DNA of 64,000 nucleotides, taken from the NCBI RefSeq assembly GCF_003018235.1, contig NZ_CP027437.1; one strand, written 5' to 3'. A model generated the notes under the pieces. The model worked only from the letters and a program-made list of their open reading frames with translations. It was not told the DNA's origin and made no database searches. Positions within the stretch are counted from its first letter, which is position 1. Each line of letters opens with the position of its first letter. The position numbers and the translations under genes were made by a program. This document shows positions 22,132 to 31,821 of this stretch, piece after piece. This stretch comes from Escherichia coli. GTDB lineage: Bacteria; Pseudomonadota; Gammaproteobacteria; Enterobacterales; Enterobacteriaceae.

Positions 22132-22653
22132 TGCGTCGAAAAGCATTTCTTCAGAAATAATTTTAAGTTTTGCACCATTATCATCCCGATAAGATATAGC
22201 CTTTTCGATCTTCCTTCCGTGACTTGAGAATTTCCAATCACGGGAGGAAAGCGTCCCTATTACTAAAAAATCCAACTTTTGAGTAATTCCACTACTGATG
22301 TTCCCACCAGCATTTTTAATCAAATTTTCAACTACGGCTCTCTTTCCTGCAACAAAAGTGCCTGTAAGACAATAGGTTTTACCCTCTAACTCTATCGAAG
22401 CCCCTACATCAATAGGCAGCCTGGTCGCCAAACCATCCACCACCCCACTTTCCAAGTCACATCCAGTGAAGTCTACTAATGCCTTATGTAGAGTTAAACT
22501 CTCATCTTCAGTAATAACACCATCTTTAAGAATTTCCTTTACAAGTGCATAAAGGTTTTTTCCTGGGTAGTTGTTCCTCAAAGCTCCATTTTGCTCAAGC
22601 CACCAATTAAGATATCTTATTTCTTCTTGAGTTAAGTTTCGATCAGCAATTAA
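22114..22653 (-). CDS. in-frame continuation after TGA: two TerB-like motif copies plus C-terminal BRCT-like domain (no ATG; TTG at 22581)
   Basis: frame open from the TGA at 22654-22656 to 22114; LIADRNLTQEEIRYL and ILKDGVITEDESL motifs; BRCT-like GKTYCLTGTF...DFLVIG. Confidence 0.45.
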   Translation of the reverse strand, partial: LIADRNLTQEEIRYLNWWLEQNGALRNNYPGKNLYALVKEILKDGVITEDESLTLHKALVDFTGCDLESGVVDGLATRLPIDVGASIELEGKTYCLTGTFVAGKRAVVENLIKNAGGNISSGITQKLDFLVIGTLSSRDWKFSSHGRKIEKAISYRDDNGAKLKIISEEMLFDALPSSR

Positions 22654-23004
22654 TCATTTACATAGTCCATTAAGTAAATGGACATCTACATCTTTGGAGT
22701 AAAAATCAATTTCAGGGATATCAAGAATTTCTCTCTGTATTTGAAGAAGGCTATTTTTAAGGTCATCACGTTCTTCTGATGTGATTATTCCATCCGCAAG
22801 AATATCCGATACCCGTGCTGATAGACTTTTTATAACTCCATTATTGATAATCTGCTTTGCTTCAAGTAACCATGTATCTAAGTAAAGAACCTCCTCTTCA
22901 CGGACAACTCCATCTGCAATGATTCCATCAATGATGCTAATCAAGTTAGCAAATAACTTGTCCCGGTTCTGTGTGTAATTAAAAGCGTAAAGCGCGTCTT
23001 CCAT
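22654..23004 (-). CDS. TerB-like repeat protein (116 aa), ends at in-frame TGA
   Basis: ATG 23004 with AGGAGG RBS; two copies of I-[IL]-A-D-G-[VI]-x-x-E-E motif. Confidence 0.6.
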   Translation of the reverse strand: MEDALYAFNYTQNRDKLFANLISIIDGIIADGVVREEEVLYLDTWLLEAKQIINNGVIKSLSARVSDILADGIITSEERDDLKNSLLQIQREILDIPEIDFYSKDVDVHLLNGLCK

Positions 23005-23060
23005 ACAACCTCCTTTTTTTGATAATCCTTGCACTCCTTGACTACACGTTCAAACTACAT

Positions 23061-23115
23061 AAAGTTGTTGACAACATTCAAAACAACAACCAGATTACAA
23101 CTTAAAGGTGTTGAG
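23061..23115. promoter_or_regulatory. OL-like operator cluster
   Basis: AAAGTTGTTGACAACATTC palindrome-like site and ACAACTTAAAGGTGTTGAG, matching the OR motif. Confidence 0.45.
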
Positions 23116-23184
23116 ATGACGAACAGGCAGGACGCCCACGAAGTAGCCGTCTGGGGCATATGAAGTCCAGGATGATTCGTTAGC

Positions 23185-23215
23185 AACAAAAAAGCGCCCT
23201 ATAGGACGCTTCGCT
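23185..23215 (-). terminator. intrinsic terminator after periplasmic-protein gene
   Basis: minus-strand AGCGTCCTATAGGGCGCT followed by TTTTTT. Confidence 0.45.
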
Positions 23216-23237
23216 CTTTAACAATCTGGATGACTTA

Positions 23238-23750
23238 TTACTCAGATTTGAACTTTGGTTCTGGCAAAAGAGGAGGAGTTGAGTCCTCGAATCGTAGCCA
23301 GTGCTCCCAGATATCGTGGGATTGTAATTCCAGAAGACCAATTTGACGTGATGCAACTGCAGTGCCAGCTATAGTTCCTCCTGCATAATCAACCTGGACG
23401 GACTTTGACGCTTTCTCAATTAATTCTGTCCAAGCTTCACTTTCCGCGTTAAAAGAAGCAGTTAATTCCTGCAGACGCTGTGGATCATCCTTGTTGTCTT
23501 GTTTCAAACGATTCAGGGCGGCCACCGAATACTTATTCTTAACCCAGCTAACCTGAGCTAACTGAACTCTCTGACAAGCGTCCATATCAGTAGTTGTTTC
23601 CTGAGGCATATCAAAGCAGGAAATAAAAAAAGTCTCAACACCATCATTTAGACTACTGCTCGGCTGGTTCAAAGCATCAGAAGCATTGGATGCTATCGGT
23701 ATTATCAGTGCTACCGACAGAATCAAACGTTTAACATAAATCGCTCCCAT
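23238..23750 (-). CDS. secreted/periplasmic protein (signal peptide; possibly DUF1311/LprI-like)
   Basis: ATG 23750 with GAGGGG RBS; N-terminal signal peptide; two Cys. Confidence 0.5.
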   Translation of the reverse strand: MGAIYVKRLILSVALIIPIASNASDALNQPSSSLNDGVETFFISCFDMPQETTTDMDACQRVQLAQVSWVKNKYSVAALNRLKQDNKDDPQRLQELTASFNAESEAWTELIEKASKSVQVDYAGGTIAGTAVASRQIGLLELQSHDIWEHWLRFEDSTPPLLPEPKFKSE

Positions 23751-24218
23751 TTAATTATCCCCTCTAAGAACAGAGTCATCCAGATTATCTGAATCCTTGT
23801 TGTTGGGGAATAACCAGGCCCACCTCGCCTGATGTGGCTAAAAGCAGGCACATAACAGCTAAGTATTTTCAACCAGAGAGAATCCTTAGCGTTGTGGTGA
23901 ATGCGGCTCAGCGCACGCGGGCTAAGGTTGAGGCTGACAGTCGACCTTCTGTGGATACCCACCCGCCTGGTGTGCAACCTTCGCCAGGCACCGGGAGGCA
24001 CCCGGCACCACAACTTTATGCTGTGTATAGTCCTGGCGGTACCAGTTTGTACCCTTGCTTCCGGCTGGTACCGCTCTTTTTACAAAACAGAGAAGAGCAT
24101 CACCGGACGACGGGCTCATAACCCAATCCACCCGGGCGGCTGCCACCGCAGGTGTTCTTCTCTGTTTTGTGGAGAAACCAACCGACCTTGCAGGGTCGAT
24201 ATGATGAGGAGCAGCAAA

Positions 24219-24581
24219 ATGGCTAGCGAACGCAGTACCAACGTGCAGGAATTTATCGTAGAACTGGACGGCGGCGTATTTGAAACTAAACTCGGCGCAG
24301 TTCTCAGTGAAGTCGCTTCCGGTGTGATGAACACGAAAAACAAAGGTAAAGTCTCGGTCAATCTGGACATCGAACCGTTTGATGAGAACCGTGTAAAAAT
24401 CAAACACAAACTCTCATATGTTCGCCCGACTAACCGCGGGAAAATTTCTGAAGAAGACACCACCGAAACGCCGATGTATGTCAATCGCGGTGGTCGCCTG
24501 ACTATTCTGCAGGAAGACCAGGGACAGTTACTGACTCTTGCCGGTGAACCTGACGGAAAACTCCGTGCAGCAGGTCGTTAA
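24219..24581 (+). CDS. YfdP-like protein (120 aa)
   Basis: AGGAG RBS; first gene of a yfdPQRST-like block as in CPS-53. Confidence 0.55.
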   Translation: MASERSTNVQEFIVELDGGVFETKLGAVLSEVASGVMNTKNKGKVSVNLDIEPFDENRVKIKHKLSYVRPTNRGKISEEDTTETPMYVNRGGRLTILQEDQGQLLTLAGEPDGKLRAAGR

Positions 24582-24646
24582 TATCGTTTTTAATAAACTG
24601 ATTATTTATCTCATCACTGAATATCTTTATATAGTGAGGACTTATT

Positions 24647-25471
24647 ATGTCTCAGAACTTAGACGCAACCGCAATTAATCAAATCCATGCTCTTATTTCT
24701 GCTCAGGGTGTTAATGAAATTATCAGTAAGATTGGTGCCGATGCCGTGGCATTGCCTGAGAATTTCCGCATTCATGATCTGGAAAAATTTAATTTAAATC
24801 GCTTCCGTTTCCGTGGTGCGCTTTCCACTGCCAGCATTGATGATTTTACCCGTTATTCTAAAGATCTTGCAGATGAAGGCACCCGCTGCTTTATCGATGC
24901 CGATAATATGCGAGCCGTCAGTGTGCTTAACCTGGGTACTATTGATGAACCAGGTCACGCAGATAACACCGCCACTCTCAAACTGAAAAAGACAGCACCG
25001 TTCTCTGCCCTGTTGTCTGTTAACGGCGAGCGTAACTCCCAGAAGTCACTGGCAGAATGGATTGAAGACTGGGCCGACTACCTTGTGGGCTTTGATGCTA
25101 ATGGTGACGCCATTCAGGCAACAAAAGCGGCTGCGGCAGTCCGTAAAATAACGATTGAAGCAAACCAGACCGCTGATTTTGAAGATAATGACTTCAGCGG
25201 CAAACGCTCCCTGATGGAATCTGTCGAAGCGAAGACCAAAGACATTATGCCAGTGGCATTTGAATTTAAATGCGTTCCGTTTGAAGGCCTGAAAGAACGT
25301 CCGTTTAAATTACGCCTCAGCATTATCACTGGCGATCGTCCTGTACTGGTTCTGCGCATTATTCAGCTGGAAGCAGTGCAGGAAGAAATGGCTAACGAAT
25401 TTCGTGATCTGCTTGTTGAGAAATTCAAAGACAGCAAAGTAGAAACCTTTATTGGTACTTTTACCGCCTGA
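24647..25471 (+). CDS. YfdQ-like protein (DUF2303)
   Basis: 274 aa; order and size match yfdQ. Confidence 0.65.
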   Translation: MSQNLDATAINQIHALISAQGVNEIISKIGADAVALPENFRIHDLEKFNLNRFRFRGALSTASIDDFTRYSKDLADEGTRCFIDADNMRAVSVLNLGTIDEPGHADNTATLKLKKTAPFSALLSVNGERNSQKSLAEWIEDWADYLVGFDANGDAIQATKAAAAVRKITIEANQTADFEDNDFSGKRSLMESVEAKTKDIMPVAFEFKCVPFEGLKERPFKLRLSIITGDRPVLVLRIIQLEAVQEEMANEFRDLLVEKFKDSKVETFIGTFTA

Positions 25472-25598
25472 TTTCCTTACTGCAAATGCCCCTGCGGGGG
25501 CATTTATGGAAACATAATTGACTCAATAATCGCCTGATGGCGAGGGTTTTCTTTAACCAAAATTCTGCGCGGTGCAGCGCATATACGTGGAGAACAAA

Positions 25599-26135
25599 AT
25601 GTCATTTATTAAAACTTTTTCCGGGAAGCATTTTTATTATGACAAGATAAATAAAGACGACATCGTGATTAACGATATCGCGGTTTCCCTTTCAAATATC
25701 TGTCGCTTTGCAGGACATCTTTCACACTTCTACAGTGTCGCCCAGCATGCAGTGCTTTGCAGCCAACTGGTGCCGCAGGAATTTGCTTTTGAAGCGTTAA
25801 TGCATGATGCAACAGAAACGTATTGCCAGGACATCCCCGCACCACTGAAACGACTTCTTCCTGACTATAAACGGATGGAAGAAAAAATAGACGCCGTAAT
25901 CCGTGAGAAATACGGGTTACCTCCTGTTATGAGCACGCCAGTGAAATATGCCGATCTCATTATGCTGGCAACCGAACGCCGCGATCTCGGACTTGATGAT
26001 GGCTCTTTCTGGCCTGTATTGGAAGGTATCCCGGCAACAGAGATGTTCAAAGTTATTCCACTGTCGCCAGGTCATGCCTACGGGATGTTTATGGAACGTT
26101 TTAACGAGTTATCGGAGTTACGCAAATGCGCATGA
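25599..26135 (+). CDS. HD-domain 5'-deoxynucleotidase (YfdR-like)
   Basis: HD-domain residues (H...HD...D); 178 aa from ATG 25599. Confidence 0.7.
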   Translation: MSFIKTFSGKHFYYDKINKDDIVINDIAVSLSNICRFAGHLSHFYSVAQHAVLCSQLVPQEFAFEALMHDATETYCQDIPAPLKRLLPDYKRMEEKIDAVIREKYGLPPVMSTPVKYADLIMLATERRDLGLDDGSFWPVLEGIPATEMFKVIPLSPGHAYGMFMERFNELSELRKCA

Positions 26136-26488
26136 ATGTTTTCGAAATGGAAGGGTTTCTTCGCGGGAAATGTGTACCGCGAGATCTGAAAGTGAACGAA
26201 ACAAATGCTGAGTACCTAGTACGTAAATTCGACGCGCTTGAAGCTAAATGTGCGGCACTGGAAAACAAAATAATACCAGTGTCAGCTGAATTGCCACCTG
26301 CAAATGAAAGTGTTCTGTTATTTGATGCTAACGGAGAAGGCTGGCTGATTGGCTGGCGTTCTCTCTGGTACACCTGGGGACAAAAGGAAACCGGAGAATG
26401 GCAGTGGACATTTCAGGTCGGGGATCTTGAAAACGTCAATATCACTCACTGGGCAGTAATACCAAAGGCACCGGAGGCAGGGGCATAA
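26126..26488 (+). CDS. YfdS-like protein
   Basis: 120 aa; overlaps yfdR-like stop. Confidence 0.55.
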   Translation: MRMNVFEMEGFLRGKCVPRDLKVNETNAEYLVRKFDALEAKCAALENKIIPVSAELPPANESVLLFDANGEGWLIGWRSLWYTWGQKETGEWQWTFQVGDLENVNITHWAVIPKAPEAGA

Positions 26489-27108
26489 TGACCACATTTA
26501 CCGACAAAGAACTGATTAAAGAAATCAAAGAGCGCATAGGCAGTCTGGATGTGCGAGACAATATTGAGCGCCGTGCTTATGAAATTGCTTTGGTATCGCT
26601 GGAAGCAGAACCGGTGGCATGGCTGCATTCAGACAATGGCTTAGGTATTCCGGCAATAACACGGAGTAAAAACATTGCTGACAGTTGGTTATCAAAGGGC
26701 TGGTATGTTCAGCCGCTATATATAGCCAAGCCAGTGCCGATGGTGCCAGATGTTCGTCCGTCTTTAAATAATGGCATAGTCGGCTTTGATGAAGGCTGGA
26801 ACGCCTGCCGCGCCGCCATGCTTCATGGTGCCGAACCTGTAAGCCAGACTTACAAGTTGAACGAGCTGTCGGGCAACTCTCCGGTAACTCCGGATGGTTG
26901 GATAAGCTGTAGTGAGCGAATGCCGGACGATAAACAGTATGTTTGGTGTTGGGGTAAGTCTTACGGCTGGACTGAGTGCGATACCTTCGAAGGGTATTAC
27001 GATTGGTCGAGAAACAAATGGTGGGCAGTTACTGACGATGGGGAAGAACCGGCATCGAAAGTAACCCACTGGATGCCGCTACCGGAGCCACCGCAGGAGG
27101 TGAAGTAA
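26488..27108 (+). CDS. YfdT-like protein (Trp-rich C-terminal domain)
   Basis: 206 aa; ATGA-type coupling with neighbours. Confidence 0.5.
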   Translation: MTTFTDKELIKEIKERIGSLDVRDNIERRAYEIALVSLEAEPVAWLHSDNGLGIPAITRSKNIADSWLSKGWYVQPLYIAKPVPMVPDVRPSLNNGIVGFDEGWNACRAAMLHGAEPVSQTYKLNELSGNSPVTPDGWISCSERMPDDKQYVWCWGKSYGWTECDTFEGYYDWSRNKWWAVTDDGEEPASKVTHWMPLPEPPQEVK

Positions 27109-27302
27109 TGAACAACTTAATGACAACTAAACAAGTCGCCGACTTCTGTGGCGTTTCAGTATCGACCGTTCTTCGATGGAACAGCGTAAACAGGAGAACT
27201 GGCCAGAAATACAGGCCTGAGTTTCCAGATCCTGATATTAAATCCTGCCCAAATAAATGGGCATCACACAAGATTTACAGATTTGCGGGAGTGATTGATT
27301 AA
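27108..27302 (+). CDS. AlpA-family HTH regulator / excisionase
   Basis: 64 aa; TTKQVADFCGVSVSTVLRW HTH; next to integrase module. Confidence 0.7.
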   Translation: MNNLMTTKQVADFCGVSVSTVLRWNSVNRRTGQKYRPEFPDPDIKSCPNKWASHKIYRFAGVID

Positions 27303-27584
27303 TATGTATTAGCTTAGATGTGAGCTGACACATCTATGATTAGATGCCAAACCTAATCTGAGCGTCCACTCTTTACCAAGAGCGGACGTTACCAATGACC
27401 ATATGACATGAATCGATAAGATCAAAACATTATCGCCAAGAAATGTCATACCATTGATACAAATAAAATTGATTACCCCCTTACTCTTGTTGAAAAGTTA
27501 GTCGTAGAGTACCTATCGCAATGTAATCAGCTTTAATCATTTGAAAATTACTCCTTAAAAATTAGCTTTTATATACTGAACAAA

Positions 27585-28304
27585 TTAAATCTCTGTTTCT
27601 TTTCCTGTTCGGCTCAACCAATACTCCATTGTTTGAGTATGAATCTTTTCAGCGTATATTTTATCAATTAATTTATCTCGTTTTTCTTTAATGACTTTAC
27701 GCAGTGAATCATATAACATAAAAAAACGTTCATCGTCTTCCTCATTATTACCGTAATTTATTTGATTGAGTTCTGAAAAAATATGATAATACCTTTTTTT
27801 CTTGGTCCCCGGCAATATTAAAACCAAGCCACATTGATCATATTCGAATTCACCTTTATGGGCAGCAAAGTTATGTCTAACATTCATAATAGAATCATGT
27901 AAATCTCTGTATTTTTCTGGCACATGCTTTCTCTGCAATGTGAATCGACGCCCTTTCGCCTCTGTAAAACACTTACCGTAAGTAACAACTTTTGATATAA
28001 ATAAAGACTTTAATATTAGATTCTTTTCTAAATCAGGATAAATAAAGTGTTGTTCTCTATTAATGTTATTACAAATGTTTTTTATTATATTCTCCCAACC
28101 AATAACATTCCGAAGATCTTTATCCAGCAACTGTAAGGCCACATATTGTTCTACAAAGCGGCCTTTTAAAGGTATTCGTGGTAATATTACACCTTTCTGC
28201 TTATAAACTCTTTCTATCGTATTATCTGGATATTGGATCTTCCTTATTTCTATTCCGTCTTCTTCTGATACCCTTACTAATGGTTCATTTTTTAACTTTG
28301 ACAT
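27585..28304 (-). CDS. hypothetical protein, AT-rich moron between xis and int
   Basis: 239 aa, K/E/N-rich; AGAGGG RBS; sits in a low-GC island 27300-28590. Confidence 0.55.
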   Translation of the reverse strand: MSKLKNEPLVRVSEEDGIEIRKIQYPDNTIERVYKQKGVILPRIPLKGRFVEQYVALQLLDKDLRNVIGWENIIKNICNNINREQHFIYPDLEKNLILKSLFISKVVTYGKCFTEAKGRRFTLQRKHVPEKYRDLHDSIMNVRHNFAAHKGEFEYDQCGLVLILPGTKKKRYYHIFSELNQINYGNNEEDDERFFMLYDSLRKVIKEKRDKLIDKIYAEKIHTQTMEYWLSRTGKETEI

Positions 28305-28589
28305 GTTAACCCTCTTAAATAAAAAACTAACTTTATCCAGATAGTGTCCGTTAAGAAGTTTTCGTTACAACTAAGTTTCTAGGTAAATCATGAATCATCC
28401 TATAGTATCAAAAACATTTGGTGGTAAACATCTGCATTTATCAAATAGCAGGAGCGATTTAGGGGCATAGGGATAGTGATGATATCTATACCCGCCCCCT
28501 CTTATGTCAACACAATGGAGTAAACTTAACGCTCACATTTCGCTCAAAGTGTGCTAGGAGATTTGGTTATGTTCAGGTGATACAAACCG

Positions 28590-29813
28590 TCAGTTTGAAT
28601 CAGAGATAGTACAATTAACAATCGATTCAACCCTCTTCCACCATGCCAGGTAAGCTTTACGCTGTTCTTCTAGATAATCGCTCTTATCATAAACTTGCCA
28701 TACCCCTGGCAGCTTATGACCAAGCATAATTTCTGCGATATGAGGCGCAGTAAGATCAGAAAAATTTGTTCGTGCTGTCCGTCTCAAGTCATGAAGAGAC
28801 CAATGAGGGAATTGATATCCTAAACGCCGCCACGCGTACTGCATTAAATTGTAAGGCAGCGACTGTAATGATGTCCTACCGACGGGTTCCCTGCTTCCTT
28901 CCTTAGTAAAAAGCATATCGGAACCGTTGTTCATAGAGATAACGTATTTTATAAGCTCTTCAACCGGTTCAATAATGGGCCGCTTTAGCGGTTTGCCTGT
29001 TATGTCCCCTGTCTTATGTCGTTCAGGTGGTACAGTCCATACCTTATTTATGAAATCAAAATCACCCACCCTAGCAGTAATTAGCTCCGAACTACGGCAA
29101 CCAAAATGCAGTAATAGTTTAATGAAGGCCCGGTATTTGGGAACCATTCTAGAGCCATCGATCGCAGCATAAAGAATTTTAATTTCATCGTGTGTCAGAA
29201 ACCGTTTCTTCTGACCTTTACGGATATCCATATCTTTACCCGTGATATCCGACAGCGGGCGAGTTTCAATAAGCTTTCTCTTATACGCCCAGACATGGGC
29301 CTGCTTTGCGTTAATTAGCAATCGGTCTGCTATTGCTGGAGTCTTAGTGCTAAGAGGCTCCAAGACTTCTAACCAATCATGCAATGTAGCTGCATCGTGA
29401 GGGATATTCCCGATTTTAGAGAACAGGTGCAGCTCAAACGAGCGGAGTATCTGTTCAGAACCCTTTTTATTTTTTACACAATATGCTTCATACCAGGCAC
29501 GGATCACAGACTCTACCGTCATGGCTTCAGTAGCTTTTCGTTTTTCAGCCTGCTTGACCAATCGTGGATTACGGTTTGACTCGAGTTCACCACGGAGACG
29601 GATAACTTCTTCTCTGGCCTCTTTTAATCCAGTTGCCGGGTAAGTTCCGATATCAAGACGCTCACCTTTCCCTGCCCATTGATAACGATATTGGAACACT
29701 ACGCGACCTTTCGGTGATACTCTGACAGACAGACCATCACGATCGGATTTAACCAAAACCTTATCACGTTCCTTTCCAACGACTGAACGCAACCACGCAT
29801 CAGACAGCGCCAT
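28590..29813 (-). CDS. tyrosine-type phage integrase (P4-like, N-terminal arm-binding domain)
   Basis: 407 aa; C-terminal catalytic region with R...H-x-x-R...Y; prophage-chromosome junction nearby. Confidence 0.9.
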   Translation of the reverse strand: MALSDAWLRSVVGKERDKVLVKSDRDGLSVRVSPKGRVVFQYRYQWAGKGERLDIGTYPATGLKEAREEVIRLRGELESNRNPRLVKQAEKRKATEAMTVESVIRAWYEAYCVKNKKGSEQILRSFELHLFSKIGNIPHDAATLHDWLEVLEPLSTKTPAIADRLLINAKQAHVWAYKRKLIETRPLSDITGKDMDIRKGQKKRFLTHDEIKILYAAIDGSRMVPKYRAFIKLLLHFGCRSSELITARVGDFDFINKVWTVPPERHKTGDITGKPLKRPIIEPVEELIKYVISMNNGSDMLFTKEGSREPVGRTSLQSLPYNLMQYAWRRLGYQFPHWSLHDLRRTARTNFSDLTAPHIAEIMLGHKLPGVWQVYDKSDYLEEQRKAYLAWWKRVESIVNCTISDSN

Positions 29814-29823
29814 TACTCACCTT

Positions 29824-29879
29824 GTACAAATCGCAAAACACCTCTGCTGCTTTGTACATTATGTACAAGCACATGTACA
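29824..29879. repeat. four TGTACA repeats immediately upstream of int (putative arm/regulatory sites)
   Basis: TGTACA at 29824, 29854, 29862, 29874. Confidence 0.3.
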
Positions 29880-30198
29880 GATTTTTGATGAAAGCAACCT
29901 GATCGATTTAAAGTTACATGAAAGAATTTTCAATTAAAGAAGCCACATAACTATATGTATTTAAATGATTTATATAGCTAGACCTCAATTAACTGAAAGG
30001 ATTTTGAAAGAGTAAAAGAGCTTTAATTTGGGATTAATTATTGGGGTGAGAAATAATGGCAAAAGTGCGGCGCTTCGCCACCTCTTGCAAATAAGGAGAC
30101 AACGTCATAATTCTTTCTTCTTGAGTAAGCGGCATCGCGCCGCGCTTGTTGAAAACGAAAAATTGCGGCTATTTTACCCATCAACGGGGGGGAGGCAA

Positions 30199-30876
30199 TC
30201 AGTGTTTACACAGGAGCTGCTCCAGTTCGTGCAACGAAGAAACGGTCCAGGTGGGCGCGATGCCTTCTGGTTGCTCGCGATTGTGCGCATTCAGCCAGCA
30301 GGTCGCAAGCCCGGCGTTGATGCCACCGAGAATATCGGACTCGGCAGTGTCGCCAACCATCAGCACGCGTGAACGGTCAGGATTGCCCGCCTGTTCCAGC
30401 GCATAATCGAAAATTTTCTTATTCGGTTTGGCAACGCCAACTTCTTCGGAAATCACCAGCAAATCGAAATAATCACGCAGGCCCGTGCGTTCCAGACGCA
30501 CTTGCTGCAAGGCGCTAAAGCCGTTGGTGATGATGCCAATTTTAGCGTTGCCACGAATGGCGTTAAGCAGAGAAACCGCGCCCGGCAGCGGCGTACAGAT
30601 TTCCGCCATCGCATTAATAAAGGCTTCGTTGAGTTTACCCGGCTCGACGTTCAGCCGTTCGGCCCAGCTCTCAAACCGCCCGTGCTGAAGCTGTAATGAA
30701 GTGATCGCGCCGTTTTGATAATCCACCCACAGTGGCTTGTTAACGGCCTGATAGTCCTGAAAATCTTCAGCGGTAAAGGTGACGCTGTAATCAAGAAACA
30801 TCCGCTGCAGGCCGGTGAATGAGTCAAAGGTAAACAGCGTTTCATCGGCATCAAAGAAAATCCAGTCCCACTTCAT
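30199..30876 (-). CDS. yjjG: pyrimidine 5'-nucleotidase YjjG (HAD family)
   Basis: 225 aa; HAD motif FFDADETL. Confidence 0.9.
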   Translation of the reverse strand: MKWDWIFFDADETLFTFDSFTGLQRMFLDYSVTFTAEDFQDYQAVNKPLWVDYQNGAITSLQLQHGRFESWAERLNVEPGKLNEAFINAMAEICTPLPGAVSLLNAIRGNAKIGIITNGFSALQQVRLERTGLRDYFDLLVISEEVGVAKPNKKIFDYALEQAGNPDRSRVLMVGDTAESDILGGINAGLATCWLNAHNREQPEGIAPTWTVSSLHELEQLLCKH

Positions 30877-30890
30877 TATTCCACCTTGTC

Positions 30891-31337
30891 TTACATACTG
30901 ATTGGCAACGCCATGATGATGGCGTCTTCGCGACCGTCCGTGGTGGGGTAGTAATTGCGGCGAATCGTCGCCTCGTTAAAGCCTAAACTTTCGTACAGTG
31001 CAATGGCGGCAGCGTTTGAGGCACGGACTTCCAGCCATAGCGTCGCCACGCCGCGTTTTTCCAGTTCGTCGATCAGATGTTCCAGCAGCGCCCTTCCCAA
31101 TCCCTGACGCTGATAGTCAGGATCGACCGCAATATTGAACAATGTAGCTTCATCCAGCACCACTTGCGTAATCGCAAACGCCGCCATTTTGCCGTTTTGC
31201 GTTAACTGAAAGTTGAGATAACGCTCGCCCTGGTTGCTGGCAAAGGTTTTTTCACTCCACGGAAAGGCGTGGGCGCGTTGTTCAATGTGGTAAGCCGCTG
31301 GTAAATCAGTCGTTTCGAGGGAAGAAATCGTGTTCAT
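30891..31337 (-). CDS. rimI: ribosomal-protein-S18 alanine N-acetyltransferase
   Basis: 148 aa GNAT; conserved context holD-rimI. Confidence 0.9.
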   Translation of the reverse strand: MNTISSLETTDLPAAYHIEQRAHAFPWSEKTFASNQGERYLNFQLTQNGKMAAFAITQVVLDEATLFNIAVDPDYQRQGLGRALLEHLIDELEKRGVATLWLEVRASNAAAIALYESLGFNEATIRRNYYPTTDGREDAIIMALPISM

Positions 31338-31719
31338 ATGTGCAAATTTGTTGCCATAACGCGGCGCGTGCCGTTGGGTTTGCCCGTAATTCGGTGAGCG
31401 CCGGTGATGCCACCTGAGCGCCTTCCAGTGATAGCGGTTCGTCAGTACCCAACCGCCAGCTGTTGCAGCGACTGCCTTGCGGCAGCATCGCGATTTTTTC
31501 TGGCGTCAGTTGCAGCACTTGATCGGGGCTGACGGTTAATGCGCGCAGAACATCGCTCACTAAAGGATCAGTCAGGGCGGGAAGATCGTTTGCCACCATC
31601 ACCAGACGGACGTGTGCCGGGATCGCAATGGCAATCTCCCCCTGCAACGCGCCAGGGCGACGCAGCGACCACTGGGTAATGCCCAGTTGCTGTAACTGCC
31701 AGTCTCGTCGGGATGTCAT
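31306..31719 (-). CDS. holD: DNA polymerase III psi subunit
   Basis: 137 aa; overlaps rimI start. Confidence 0.9.
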   Translation of the reverse strand: MTSRRDWQLQQLGITQWSLRRPGALQGEIAIAIPAHVRLVMVANDLPALTDPLVSDVLRALTVSPDQVLQLTPEKIAMLPQGSRCNSWRLGTDEPLSLEGAQVASPALTELRANPTARAALWQQICTYEHDFFPRND

Positions 31720-31821
31720 AGCGAATCGCTCCTGTTGTCAGGGGCGCAAATATAGCAAATTCGTCGATACCGCGCCAACATATGGCTATAATCGCCGCCA
31801 GTATCAATTGAGGAGCATTCC

